This document shows positions 15,249-26,735 of a stretch of 51,623 nucleotides of DNA, piece by piece (the stretch's first letter is position 1; each line of letters starts with the position of its first letter). The DNA is taken from contig JAQGDQ010001256.1 of NCBI GenBank assembly GCA_030141605.1, positions 1 through 51,623 of the forward strand. The letters are read 5' to 3'. The stretch comes from Tubiluchus corallicola. Taxonomy: Eukaryota; Animalia; Priapulida. The translations under genes and the position numbers were made by a program. The notes under the pieces were generated by a model that did not search any database, had not been told where the DNA came from, and worked only from the letters and a program-made list of their open reading frames with translations.

Positions 15249-18200
15249 CTGTAAAATAATAAGACAGTTCAGTTAACAACACGGCATGATATAACAAGGT
15301 GTCTTAAGTATTGAGTGGTGCTGATAACTGTAAAATAAAACAGTTCAGGTAGCAGCATGGCATGATATAACAGCATGTGATAACACACCATAACCAAAAC
15401 ATTTCTAATTATATAATACTCATTGAGTGGATGGTTGGAATAAACGTGAAATTATGATGTAAGCGGTGGATTTCTTGACATCTTGGCTTTTCGTAAGTGT
15501 TCGCTGCTTAAAATTATTCAAATTTCTGCGGCTTACCTAATGTTCATGCAAAAATATTAAGAAATTAGCTGTCTAATTTTTTGTAAAAGCTTATACTTTA
15601 GGCAGAAATTGTCTGTGTCCTGCTTTTCTTGAGTTGATGAATGACATCACTGGTGGAAGAATTGGAGCGCCCAGACACGAAATGATCGCGACTTCAAAGT
15701 GATTTTACTAATTACACGAGATGCTTATCACACTTTTACTATTAAATCCTAACTTTCTTTCCAGAACACTGAAATAAGCCCAACTTCCCAGAAGGTTTAG
15801 TCCTTCCTTTAAAGTGCAAAATTTCTCTTACCAGTGGATCTACGTTGATTATCTTCCTGTCTACTTTGTTTTTGAACAGCAGACCAGAACCTCTTTCCGT
15901 AATAACTTGATAGTTTGGCGTCGACTGACACTGGACCACCATTGAATCCCAATTGAAAAAACTAAGATAAATAGAAAAATCTAGTGTTGTTGAAACAATT
16001 ATGACTACTATGGTTTGAAGAAACCAAAAAACTTGAAATTTAGTTTTAAGATTTTATTCTGAAGTGCCTACATAAACAGTGAAGTAGTGCCATGTTGAAA
16101 AGCAGAAAACCAAGTGACCAAAACTACAGGTGAAATCATTTAGGTGTGAAAATAGGTTTAGAGATTATGCATTCACAAAGTCTGTAGAAGCCAATGAAAA
16201 TTTAAACAGTAAAGAGAAAGATTTAACCATTTTAACAAGAACACCTAAAGGTGGCAGCACTATGCAAAATTTAAAAAAGTATGATGAACATACAATATAA
16301 ATTTTAATTTAGAGTAATTAAAATGATTTTCTTCTGTCCGTACTATGTAAGGCTGCATTCACAATGATCTGCTAAAGTTGTCATTTGTGCTTGCTGAACA
16401 ACTTTAAGCAAACAAGCCACCATTTCTGATAAAAAGTATTAAGCCTGTTTGCAATTATAGTAAGCTACGTTCAGGTATAGCTCGAACACCTCGGGACCAG
16501 AAAACTTGTTTGACTTGTATGAGGGTACGAGTTAGACAATGTAACCAATTATTTAATAAAAGTTTTTATGAATAGTCAAAAATAAAATGGCTGGTCCACT
16601 TTTATTGTTTGAATGAATAGCATGGTTAATAGAACTATAAAGTTTTTATAAAGTTGTATTGTTTTAACTGTACACATTTGATGTGTTATTTAGACTACAG
16701 GCCTGTGTCCAATTTTCTGCCTTGTAACGGTTTGTTGTGAGACATTTTAGATGCCACATTGAAAAGTTTACCTTAGGTCTGTAAGTCGAGGCATCATTCG
16801 CTTCTTGCCGAGAAAAATCGGTTCAAAATCCTCTATTTTCAACCTGTGCGCATAATCTATGTAACCCGATACTTCTTGGTTTTTGGAATTCTTATCTCTT
16901 ACGAAAATTATTGTCTGAAAGTGAAAAACTAATCGTACACACTCTCTGATTTTCATCCCTATTCTTCCAAGATCAAAATGTGTCAGAGTAATCTCACAGG
17001 TAGTTAATAAGTGTGAGCTAGAACTGTGCTATATTCATAACTAGGACAACAAAAATATTTAAATAAATTTTATGTTCAAACCTACATAAGCTGCTAGTCG
17101 ATATAATATTGGACTAAATTCGACTCAGGGGGTCGAACTCCAAGATGGCATGGCGGTCTTGATATTGCGCATCAGGAAGATCCATTTTACTATCGTTGTG
17201 TAACCGATTACTTAACTACAAATGTTATGTTAGTTAACCAAGTTAATCTCTGTAAACTAGTACCATATACCTGTTATAGCATGTCATTTAACTCTCATAA
17301 AATAAAATATACAAAAACTACACTGTACGGAGTTTATTATCAGCACAAAAAAAAACTAACTCAGTAACAGCACTACACCCAAGGAGCACCTGTGTCAGAA
17401 ATCAAGGCTGTAGTGACCTCTGCATGCTTTTATACTGGCATTCCAGGTCAGCTGGCTTCTCACACCACGTGTAGGCCCAAACAAGACGTCTGGACCTACA
17501 AGAAAGGGGTGAGTCGCTGCTGACACGGAAGCAGGGCGTGTAGAGGGCGCTACACCTGACCCGACACAGGTGCCTCTGTAACAATATAATATTGATTAAT
17601 CTCTATTTATATTAATAGCGAAATATAAACAACGTAAACAGAAATACAGTCAGCCTCGGGTATAAGGGAGGGTTATTTCCGGACCCAAGATGTCCCTGAT
17701 ATCCGAAGTTGACCGTATTTAATTCAATTTCTACGTTCAAATCTGACCAGCAGTCAGTTTAAATGTGATATTGTTGTGTTTTGTTTCTCTCGGAAGGCTC
17801 GTAGAGAAAACCAGAAAACACTTCGTCAAATTAAACTAGTTTGTTAAGCGAGAATTCTACAACACAAAAGTATGAAGGAACGCGAAATGTTTACACTAAA
17901 CGTGAAAATCTGGAAAACGTTTGAGTGTATCTGAAAATACAAGTATACCAGAGAATGTGTAAGTGTACGTCTATGCGGAATCTGCATGTGTGAGTCTCAG
18001 AAGCCTGCTTCACCTTATATAGGGTGCCAGGGAACATTCTAGACGAGTCTTTCTAGAACATTCTAATGGAACATTCTAAAATGTTCTATTTAATTCTAAT
18101 AGATGCCAGCAATCTCTACAACAGATATAGTGACTAATCATTGTTTATATATTAATAGAGAAATAGGAATACAAGAAAATTTTAACTCACTGTTGCTCTG

Positions 18201-19085
18201 CCGCTGCGGTTTGCCTCTTCACGTTCAGCTAGGGCAAGCAGGAACGGATCTTTAATTGTTTTGCCCAAACTGGCCAATGGTCTGCAAAATGTTAATTCAG
18301 GGTAGCCATAAAATACGTTTGCTAGTGCTTGCTAGTGACAAATTTCAACACAGAAGTACCACAGTGTTCCCTCGCTACTTCGCGGTTCGTTTATTGAGGA
18401 CTCGCTGTTTTGTGGGTTTTCAAAAAATATTAATGTAAAATATTTATCGAGGTATTTTCGCTGTTTCGCGGGTTTTTGCGGTACTCCGTCTAAAGTATTT
18501 TTGCACATGCGTAGTACGTATTGTACAGTAATGTATAGATTTGATGAATTTTGCATGTGTAGGGTATCTATAAGAGTGTGGGGAGGGTTTATAAAGACTT
18601 AAAATAATGTATAACTACTAAAATAAGTATAGTGTCCCTAATTCGCGGAAATTCACTTATCGTGGGTGGGCCTGGATTGGAACACCCGCGATAAGTGAAG
18701 GAACATTGTACTCAACGAAAAGGCAGCGTAGCAATAACATTGTTTACACACTTTGATAAATCAGCTAAATTTAGCTTGTGGTGTGCTAGTAGATACGATT
18801 ACTTTAAACTTTCGATTTTAATTATTGCAGATTACAATTATTTGGAATGGTGTAACAATGTAGTTGTAATATATTTTTATATTTTTTATATTATTTCATT
18901 GAACGCATGAAATTTTCTAACTTTGTATGTACAAATAACTAAAAAATAAAGTAGATAATTAAAAATAAAAAATAACAAGTAAAAATGGATATGTGATAAA
19001 CTTGTAAATTAATGCATAGATATGTAGTAAGTAAACATAAATAAACACATAACTAGATAAATAAATAAAAACATACTTAAACAAG

Positions 19086-19120
<35 letters not shown>

Positions 19121-21696
19121 TGGTGGTGGTCGTGGTGGTGATCGTCGTAGCTTACCATATAATTATTATTTACAATTTTTGACAGGGAATTGATAGCAGA
19201 ATTGAAACATTTCAAAGTCCAAAACAGCACCATTATACAAAAGTTTAAAAAGTTCGTAATAACAAGTTCCTTTCCAGGCCCACCCGCGATAAGCGAGGGA
19301 ACACTGTACATATAAAGTATGGGAAACTCACAATAACAGAGTAGATATATTATATACTGCAACTTATTGGACTGGTGTTAATATCACCAGAAAAGTTTAG
19401 ACATTATTGGCTCACTGCTTCTCGTGTGAATTGTGCATTATAACTAGCCTTTTTATTAAATAGGCTATTTTAGTAGCCACAAATCATTAAATAGAATATA
19501 TATGCTTGCATAGCAAAATCGTCCATAACTCCGCAATTAATCTTTTCTAGTTATTCGCATATCCCGAATATCCATTTCATGATCATTTTGATACCAAACT
19601 AATTTATAAGCTGAGATAATCCACGTTGAAGTTAAAGTGCATGCTACGCACTGAAAAATGTAAAATTGAAAAAATCGCTATTAGAGTTAGTCCATTGTTC
19701 TTGGTCGCGTTTCTACAAAACACTTAGCAACTGCACAAATGTTGGTTGCTACAGACTTTGCATGAACACGTTGAGGTTATGTTTAAATCTACCAGATGGC
19801 TCTTCCTGACGAAGATCTGGGCTCGGCAACAGAAAAAAACCTGAAGCAAAATGACAGCTTCGATGAGCTAGTATCGGAGTTTGAAAATACAAGTTTTTTA
19901 CAATTGCAGTACTAGTTTCTAGTCAGAACAGTGGGCATGGTGTTATAAAACTAGATTTTTAGTACTTTGTTGACATTTTCGTAAAAATTTGATGCTAGAA
20001 TATAAAAGTACAATATATTTAGCATTCATTTTTATCAAAACAAAAAAATAACATTTTTTGACACAGATTTTTGGTGCACTCTACTTTAAGTAAATAAGTA
20101 AGTCAGTAAAAAAAATTTTTGTCTCTGAATGTTACAAAATAAACATAAACAAAAGGTAAAAGCTAAAACAAAGACGGAAAAGAGACGGGGTGGCGAAAAG
20201 AGCAAGGGTCACCAAGTCAAGCACCCCTATCCAAACTGAAGAAAATTAAATGACCTGTCAAGTCAGGTATGTACAAATGAAAATAATCAGCAACTTAACA
20301 AAATAAAATAAAAAACTAAATGAAGCAACAAGTTCAAATGAGTTTCGATTTCGAAACAGTAAATAAGTTTGGCAATGAGAAGAGGCAAAATTTAAATTAG
20401 CAAACAAAACAGAAAATTTAAACTCATCAAAAACAAAACTAATAATTACATATAAATCAAGAACTCAACCCAACAAGAAGAAGAAGAAGAAAAAATGAAG
20501 CAATGTCAAGTCATGAGTAAATCATTACCAGGTCAAGTACCTCTATCCATATTTAAAGGAAATTATATAAACCTGACAAGTACAGACAAGTTATAATAAT
20601 CAACATATTAAAAATAAAAAGAAAAAAATAAAGATGAATAACTAGGGAGATATTAGTAAAATGAATTCAGATGAGTTTATAATTAAGTGGCAACATAAAT
20701 CAATGAATAGAAAATGGTATGAAACAATATAAAAAAAACTAAAGCAATATTGAAGTACGTCAATTAACTTCAAGCACTTTGCAGCACCATAACTTATTTT
20801 GGACTGTTTTGGTTTGCAAGCACACATATTATGATTGTACTACACAAGCAAGTTCATATGTAATGACGATTCACGATGATAATTAATGAAAACAGCAATG
20901 AACGAAGATGATGATGACGATTCTCCCTTCGCAATGAATTTTAAGTAAAGAAATATTTGAACAATAACTTCTCTGCACTTTTGTCCGCATTCTTGTGCGC
21001 CTCTATAGCTGCCTTTCGTGCAAGGAACTCATCTCTTTTTACTACCTCACCGCTGCCCCTGTAACCAAGTTCTACAAGTTGCCTTGCCAATTCCTCATCC
21101 TGTTAGTAAAACGACCGTAAAGTTCTGTTACACTTATGCATGTCATAATTTAGTAGAAATATAGTTACTTACAAATTGTATATAGTATCTCTCAATTTAT
21201 TAAAGATAATAAAGTACTTATATCTTTATCTTCTTCTTCGTGATAATTTAATATATTAACTTCATCAAACTGAAGGCTTCAGTTAGCATATGGCTGTGCA
21301 TTCGACTTTGAAAATGCCATGTGCAAACTTTGTCCAGGGCACAACCATTTGATTTACAATGGAGTAGCAAAAAAAAAACTAAAGAGAGGAATGGAGCTCC
21401 TTAAAGCAGGACTAATTGTTGGAAAAAATTTAGAAAAGTATATGCACATTTAGCATTACGTAGACTTATAGTCGGTAATAGTTCACGTGGTTGAAGTTTC
21501 ATTTTTGCTTTTGCAGTAAAAGGAAAACTTAGCTATCACTATGCTTACCTACCTCAAGGTAATACAAATCAGTGGGTGTTATTTGAGAATCCAAAAAGTC
21601 TTCATAAGATTTAAATTCATTTATTACGTTATCTATTGGCAAAAATATCGAACTATCAAGCAAAAACACATTACTAATAACGGATTCGGGGTCCAT
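15147..21696 (-). CDS. CFAP299: Cilia- and flagella-associated protein 299 (C4orf22-like), complement(join(15147..15248,15832..15961,16772..16914,18191..18281,20969..21099,21553..21696)), 246 aa
   Basis: Spliced translation contains [99 protein letters not shown] and PGDNT..AVFYDH, matching my recollection of human C4orf22. The exons total 741 nt in frame. Confidence 0.94.
15832..15961 (-). CDS. CFAP299: CFAP299 exon 5
   Basis: cttag|[43 protein letters not shown]|gtaag. Confidence 0.94.
16772..16914 (-). CDS. CFAP299: CFAP299 exon 4
   Basis: tttcag|[47 protein letters not shown]|gtaaac. Confidence 0.94.
17647..17715. mobile_element. Very small Tc1/pogo-like MITE
   Basis: TA|cagtcagcctcgggtataaggga...tccctgatatccgaagttgaccg|TA imperfect TIRs. 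Confidence 0.6.
17772..18123 (-). mobile_element. Solo LTR (352 bp) in CFAP299 intron 3
   Basis: TGTTGT...ACAACA termini; perfect 5-bp TSD gatat (17767-71, 18124-28); minus-strand TATATAA at 18015-18021. Confidence 0.82.
18191..18281 (-). CDS. CFAP299: CFAP299 exon 3
   Basis: ttttgcag|[30 protein letters not shown]|gtgagt. Confidence 0.92.
18362..18708. mobile_element. Tc1/pogo (Tigger-like) MITE; orphan ends at ~19283-19306 and ~47319-47342
   Basis: TIR cagtgttccctcgctacttcgcgg / ccgcgataagtgaaggaacattg|TA. Confidence 0.8.
19735..20090. repeat. Dispersed repeat, copy at ~34172-34520
   Basis: Shared tgcacaaatgttggttgcta..gctcttcctgacgaagatctgggct..tttacaattgcagtactagttt. Confidence 0.75.
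20969..21099 (-). CDS. CFAP299: CFAP299 exon 2
   Basis: ctaacag|[33 protein letters not shown]..; weak donor gttatt, phase-compatible with exon 3. Confidence 0.9.
21553..21696 (-). CDS. CFAP299: CFAP299 exon 1
   Basis: [29 protein letters not shown]|gtaggt. Confidence 0.9.
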
Positions 21697-21709
21697 CTTG
21701 CAAACTTCA

Positions 21710-21722
21710 GTTGCCTAGCAAC
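21710..21722. promoter_or_regulatory. RFX X-box upstream of CFAP299
   Basis: GTTGCCTAGCAAC fits the GTNRCC-N0-3-RGYAAC consensus and lies 14 nt upstream of the ATG of a ciliary gene. Confidence 0.8.
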
Positions 21723-23171
21723 ATATATAGTTAAAACGTAGCCCTTCATTTTCTAACAAACACAATTGAAGTTAGTCTAACTTAATTTTTTATCGTGTTT
21801 TCGCGACTGATGTGATACATATTTCAGAAATTACTAATAATAACACAAAAAACCTCAAGAACAATACAGAAGAGGTTTGCACCATTAGAGGAGCAACTAG
21901 TCATCAACATAGATGAGTAGAGCTATCTTGGTTTTTAGTGACACATATCTGTAAGGTGGCAGTAAAGAATATGCACTTTGTAGTAAATCCATGCCTACCC
22001 AGACTTCACAGAAATTTAGCAAAGGTCTTCAAAACTTTTCACGCTATACTGACTTATTACATAATTATGAATTCAAATATTACCACGAGGTAGGCATAGT
22101 TTTTTAGTCTCGATTTCTATTAATTTTTCGTGTGTTTCGTAGCATGTTTTTGTCACACGTATCCTAGCACACGTGACTCGCATCCCACATTTATAGAGCA
22201 GAATATTCTCCATAATAAACACAAAACATCTTATAACACTGAACAATGTAGTTTATTTGCTTGGTTTTCATAACTAACAAGAACAAATTACTTCTCAAGA
22301 ATCTTAACTTAAGTTTAGGTTTATATTTATAATAATAATGGCCTAAAATAATAGTTGTAGCACTAACTTTGATTTGCTGCTAATTTTGATTAGCACTATC
22401 TGATGATAGCCATTAGCATAAATAGTCAAAATTCAGGAGCCTCTTTGATGTAATATTGTGTACATTGTTGGTCATTCAAAATAATCAATGCCACTTAAGT
22501 TCATTTTACAAAACAGCATCAAATATAATTCATCAGAACAGAAAGTGAAAAACAATGTGTCCATGACTTTAAATTTACAATATGCAAATCTGCAATGTAT
22601 GTACAAACATTTGTATTTACAAATTATAGCAAAACATTGCAAAAATAAATACCACACAGCAGCATTGTACAGTCTATACACCTGGTAGAAATAAAGTTAC
22701 AAAAATATCAGTTTTCTTACAAGTTTCTGCTCTTAATGCATATTAAATAACATGGTGAATAAACTTGTAAGCTGAACCTATTAGTATCGTACTTATAAAT
22801 ACCTAAAAACTACACCAGCAGTACTTACAAATGATGCAACAGTCATCAAATTTCCATGTATTTACAACTAATGTCTCAAAAATAATGCGTAATAAATTAT
22901 TTGAATACATAGCAATATATTTAAGTTTTGCATCCCTCAGTTAGTTAGGCTTCTACATAGGCCACAACACTATTTTAACATTGATCATGCGATGCACTAG
23001 GTTAACACAGTACAATCTAGGGTGGAAGGTCTTGACATGAAGCTAAATTTTAAATGCCACAGCAGAACACACTCTTAGCTAATTTTTCTCGCAGAACAAA
23101 TATTTGAAATTTCGAGGTTGACTAGTTGCACCAATCAGAGTACTAAGAAATTTGCAAGAAACAACGAACCA

Positions 23172-23499
23172 CAGTCACACCTCGTTATAATGTACACCGC
23201 CTTTATAATACCAACTTTGCTTTATTGCCAAATTTTTAGCAAAACAAAACATCTTATTTCCGGAGATTAATGCACCGCCTTTATAATACCAACTTTGCTT
23301 AATGCCCAAATTTTTAGCAAAACAAAACATCTTATTTCCAGAGATTAATGCACCGCCTTTATAATACCAACTTTGCTTAATGCCCAAATTTTTAGTAAAA
23401 AAAACATCTTATTTGTAGAGATTAATGCACCTCGTATTGTACCAAATTGCTTAATGCTGACTTTTTTCCAGTCCCAAATTAGATAAAGAGGCTTGACTG
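23172..23499. mobile_element. Tc1/pogo-like MITE with an internal ~78-bp tandem repeat (x3)
   Basis: cagtcacacctcgttat..ataaagaggcttgactg|TA; repeat unit taatgcaccgcctttataataccaactttgc.. Confidence 0.72.
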
Positions 23500-23604
23500 T
23501 ATTCTAATTTCAGCTCGTTGAACTGTCATGTAGTGCGAACCAATGTGCCATTTTGGTAAAAGATTCTAAATCTCAAATAAAGTTATTAATAAAGCAAAGC
23601 AAAG

Positions 23605-23985
23605 GAGAAGAAAATGGGTGTGGTGGAGATGAGGATGTTGAGATGGATGGTGGGAATAACAAGAAGAGATAAAATTAGAAATAATAATATCGGAGGAACA
23701 GTGAAAGTAGTGGAAGCATCGAAAAAGATACAAGAGGCAAGATTGCGATGGTATGGACACATGCAAAGAAGAGTCGGGGAAGATCATGTGGGAACGGCGG
23801 TCATGGAAATGGAAGTGCTGGGAACGAGAAGAAGGGGACGACCCAAGCGGAGATGGTTTGAATGTATTAATGGAAACCTTAGAGAGAAGAACATAAATGA
23901 AGAGATGGTCAACAACAGGAATGCGTGGAGAAGACTCATTCACAACGGCGACCCCGCATAGGGAAAAGCTGGGAAGAAGAAGAAG
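23605..23985 (+). mobile_element. 5'-truncated RTE-clade LINE insertion
   Basis: ORF EMRMLRWMVGITRRDKIRN..RLRWYGHMQRR..GTRRRGRPKRRW (RTE RT C-terminus); short 3'UTR with (GAA)n tail; perfect 17-bp TSD aataaagcaaagcaaag. Confidence 0.93.
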
Positions 23986-24529
23986 AATAAAGCAAAGCAA
24001 AGAGGTAGCCAAAGTCAGAACACTAATTCTTGCTATGGACTTTGATGGTATTATTATGCCCATTGCAGAATGACTGTTAAATCCACTATCTCATCTGCAT
24101 TAAATGTTACCTGTGTCTGCGGTACTGTGAGCAGACTGGACAAAACAGTTGGAAAATCAGTGCAGGTGTAACAACACCCCCCCCCCAATACTCAACGAAA
24201 ATCGGAAGATGCCAAAGACCAGCATAATATTCGTAGCTTATGACTGAAAATAATCGTTTTTTTACCAAAGGAAGGAGCCACAGTGACGTATTCAATTCTC
24301 AGTTCATAAAAATGGAATTCTTGTATCCAATTTATTCGTAAGAGGAAGTCGGTGCTGTTGCTTAACAAGGTGGGGGCTGTAGTTTCTAGAGAAACGATTT
24401 TCTGTTAAAGAATTCCACAGACAAGAGACTTGAATGAAAGGCGAATTTACGAAGAATATGTATGGTCGCGTACGTATGTACGAATGGTTGAGTACACCGA
24501 CAATGTGGAAAACTTTAATACACTCGTAT

Positions 24530-24960
24530 GTCAGTTTGTCGGACCTCACTTTTATGGAGGATATCGAAAAACTCTAACAAAACCTGGTCCATAGAAAGTC
24601 CTGCATACTACGGACACAGTTCGTTATTTCGCAAGCTGACCACTAGCTGGCGGGCCGTCACTTTGTTTACATCCAAACAGCATGTAATGGCACGTGTGTA
24701 GCTTGTCAGCATGTTTACTGGTTTAATTGATTTAGAGTCAATTATGTGGAGTTATTTGAGTCAACTGCCGACAGTTTTTGTATACTTTTGCATAGGAACG
24801 ATTGGTACTAAACGTTTCTGAGACATCAAGCGATCGATTCTACATTACCGTGAGTCTAATACACGGCGCCTACTGTAACAGCTTAGTATCGGAAAATGCG
24901 GACCGACGTCACCCACTTTTGTCCGGCAAACCGAGATATGAGTGTATATACACAACTTAG
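24530..24960. mobile_element. Diverged repeat related to family A; sister copy at ~40870-41280
   Basis: Shared gcaagctgaccactag..gccgtcactttgtttacatc and tctacattaccgt..gtctaatacacggcgcctactgt; boundaries approximate. Confidence 0.7.
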
Positions 24961-25140
24961 GCCCAGAAAACACCTTGTTAACTGGCTCCCAGGGACTTTT
25001 TAAAAACCGTAAAGAGAGTACAAGGTTTTCGAGCAAAAGGAAAGCATGGGAATGTTTACTTTTTACGAGGCTGCAATATTTGTATATAATATGAATGCAT
25101 CCGCTATGATAACCAAATTTACAGGCACTAGTATTCATAC

Positions 25141-26227
25141 ACAGGTGATGAAGTAGCCATACACAGTTATTTAGCATGTCACAGGTGATGAAGTAGCCAT
25201 ACACAGTTATTTAGCATGTCACAGGTGATCAAGTAGCCATACACAGTTATTTAGCATGTCACAGGTGATCAAGTAGCCATACACAGTTGTTTAGCATGTC
25301 ACAGGTGATCAAGTAGCCATACACAGTTATTTAGCATGTCACAAGTGATCAAGTAGCCATACACAGTGGTTTAGCATGTCACAGATGATCAAGTAGCCAT
25401 ACACAGTTATTTAGCATGTCACAAGTGATCAAGTAGCCATACACAGTTATTTAGCATGTCACAGGTGATGAAGTAGCCATACACAGTTGTTTAGCATGTC
25501 ACAGGTGATGAAGTAGCCATACACAGTTGTTTAGCATGTCACAGGTGATGAAGTAGCCATACACAGTTGTTTAGCATGTCACAGGTGATGAAGTAGCCAT
25601 ACACAGTTGTTTAGCATGTCACAGGTGATCAAGTAGCCATACACAGTGGTTTAGCATGTCACAGGTGATGAAGTAGCCATACACAGTTGTTTAGCGCGTC
25701 ACAGGTGAAGAAGTAGCCATACACAGTTATTTAGCATGTCACAGGTGATCAAATAGCCATACACAGTTATTTAGCATGTCACAGGTGATCAAGTAGCCAT
25801 ACACAGTTATTTAGCATGTCACAGGTGATGAAGTAGCCATACACAGTTGCTTAGCATGTCACAGGTGATGAAGTAGCCATACACAGTTATTTAGCATGTC
25901 ACAGGTGATCAAGTAGCCATACACAGTGGTTTAGCATGTCACAGGTGATGAAGTAGCCATACACAGTGGTTTAGCATGTCACAGATGATCAAGTAGCCAT
26001 ACACAGTTGTTTAGCATGTCACAGGTGATGAAGTAGCCATACACAGTTGTTTAGCATGTCACAGGTGATCAAGTAGCCATACACAGTGGTTCAGCATGTC
26101 ACAGGTGATGAAGTAGCCATACACAGTTGTTTAGCATGTCACAAGTGATGAAGTAGCCATACACAGTTGCTTAGCATGTCACAGGTGATGAAGTAGCCAT
26201 ACACAGTGGTTTAGCATGTCACAGGTG
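25141..26227. repeat. 40-bp minisatellite, 27 copies
   Basis: Unit acaggtgatgaagtagccatacacagttatttagcatgtc, with a few substitutions and no indels. Confidence 0.98.
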
Positions 26228-26424
26228 GCACACTACCGATTAAACAGGGTGGTCATGTGACACGCTTACTTGCTTAGTGCGGCTGGAATGATCCGCGTCA
26301 TCAAACCAATCCACATTGGTAAAACTAGCCGCTGTGTTTCCGTGGCAACTACACATACACACACACACCCAATACTCACTATTGCGCAGTAAGTCAAGAA
26401 GCAGTTAATGAAACAGACTCTACA

Positions 26425-26735
26425 TTACTCAGCTGAATTAACACAAGCGTCCACGTTTTCGAATCCAATGTAATCCGGATCATCCACCGGCATTAGGACG
26501 CCGGAGTCGGATACGGCAACGGGAGTCGTACTGCTGTCTGTATCCGCGAGCACTGCGGGAGAAAGACTGTTCTGTTGTTCGGATATGCCCGTGTTTTCCG
26601 TCTCGCTGTCAGAGATGGAGCCACTCGTATCCACATCCTCGTCGTCGTCCGTGCTGCTGCAGGTGGAGTGAGCTGCCGTCACCTCCGCTCCGTGAAAAAC
26701 GTAACGGTTTGGAAAGACAAATAGGAAACTGTTTG
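26425..26735 (-). CDS. SIRT1: SIRT1 exon 11 (terminal; CTR/ESA motif)
   Basis: tttgcag|[19 protein letters not shown] followed by an acidic/Ser-rich tail and TAA. Confidence 0.9.

Noticed and set aside
17120-17185. B-box-like GAGTTCGACCCC on the minus strand (tRNA gene?)
   Set aside because: No tRNA cloverleaf can be built; possibly a SINE scrap.
25141-26227. CRISPR-like appearance of the 40-bp array (and the 32-bp array at 31207-32385)
   Set aside because: The units are contiguous with no unique spacers, there are no cas genes, and the context is eukaryotic.
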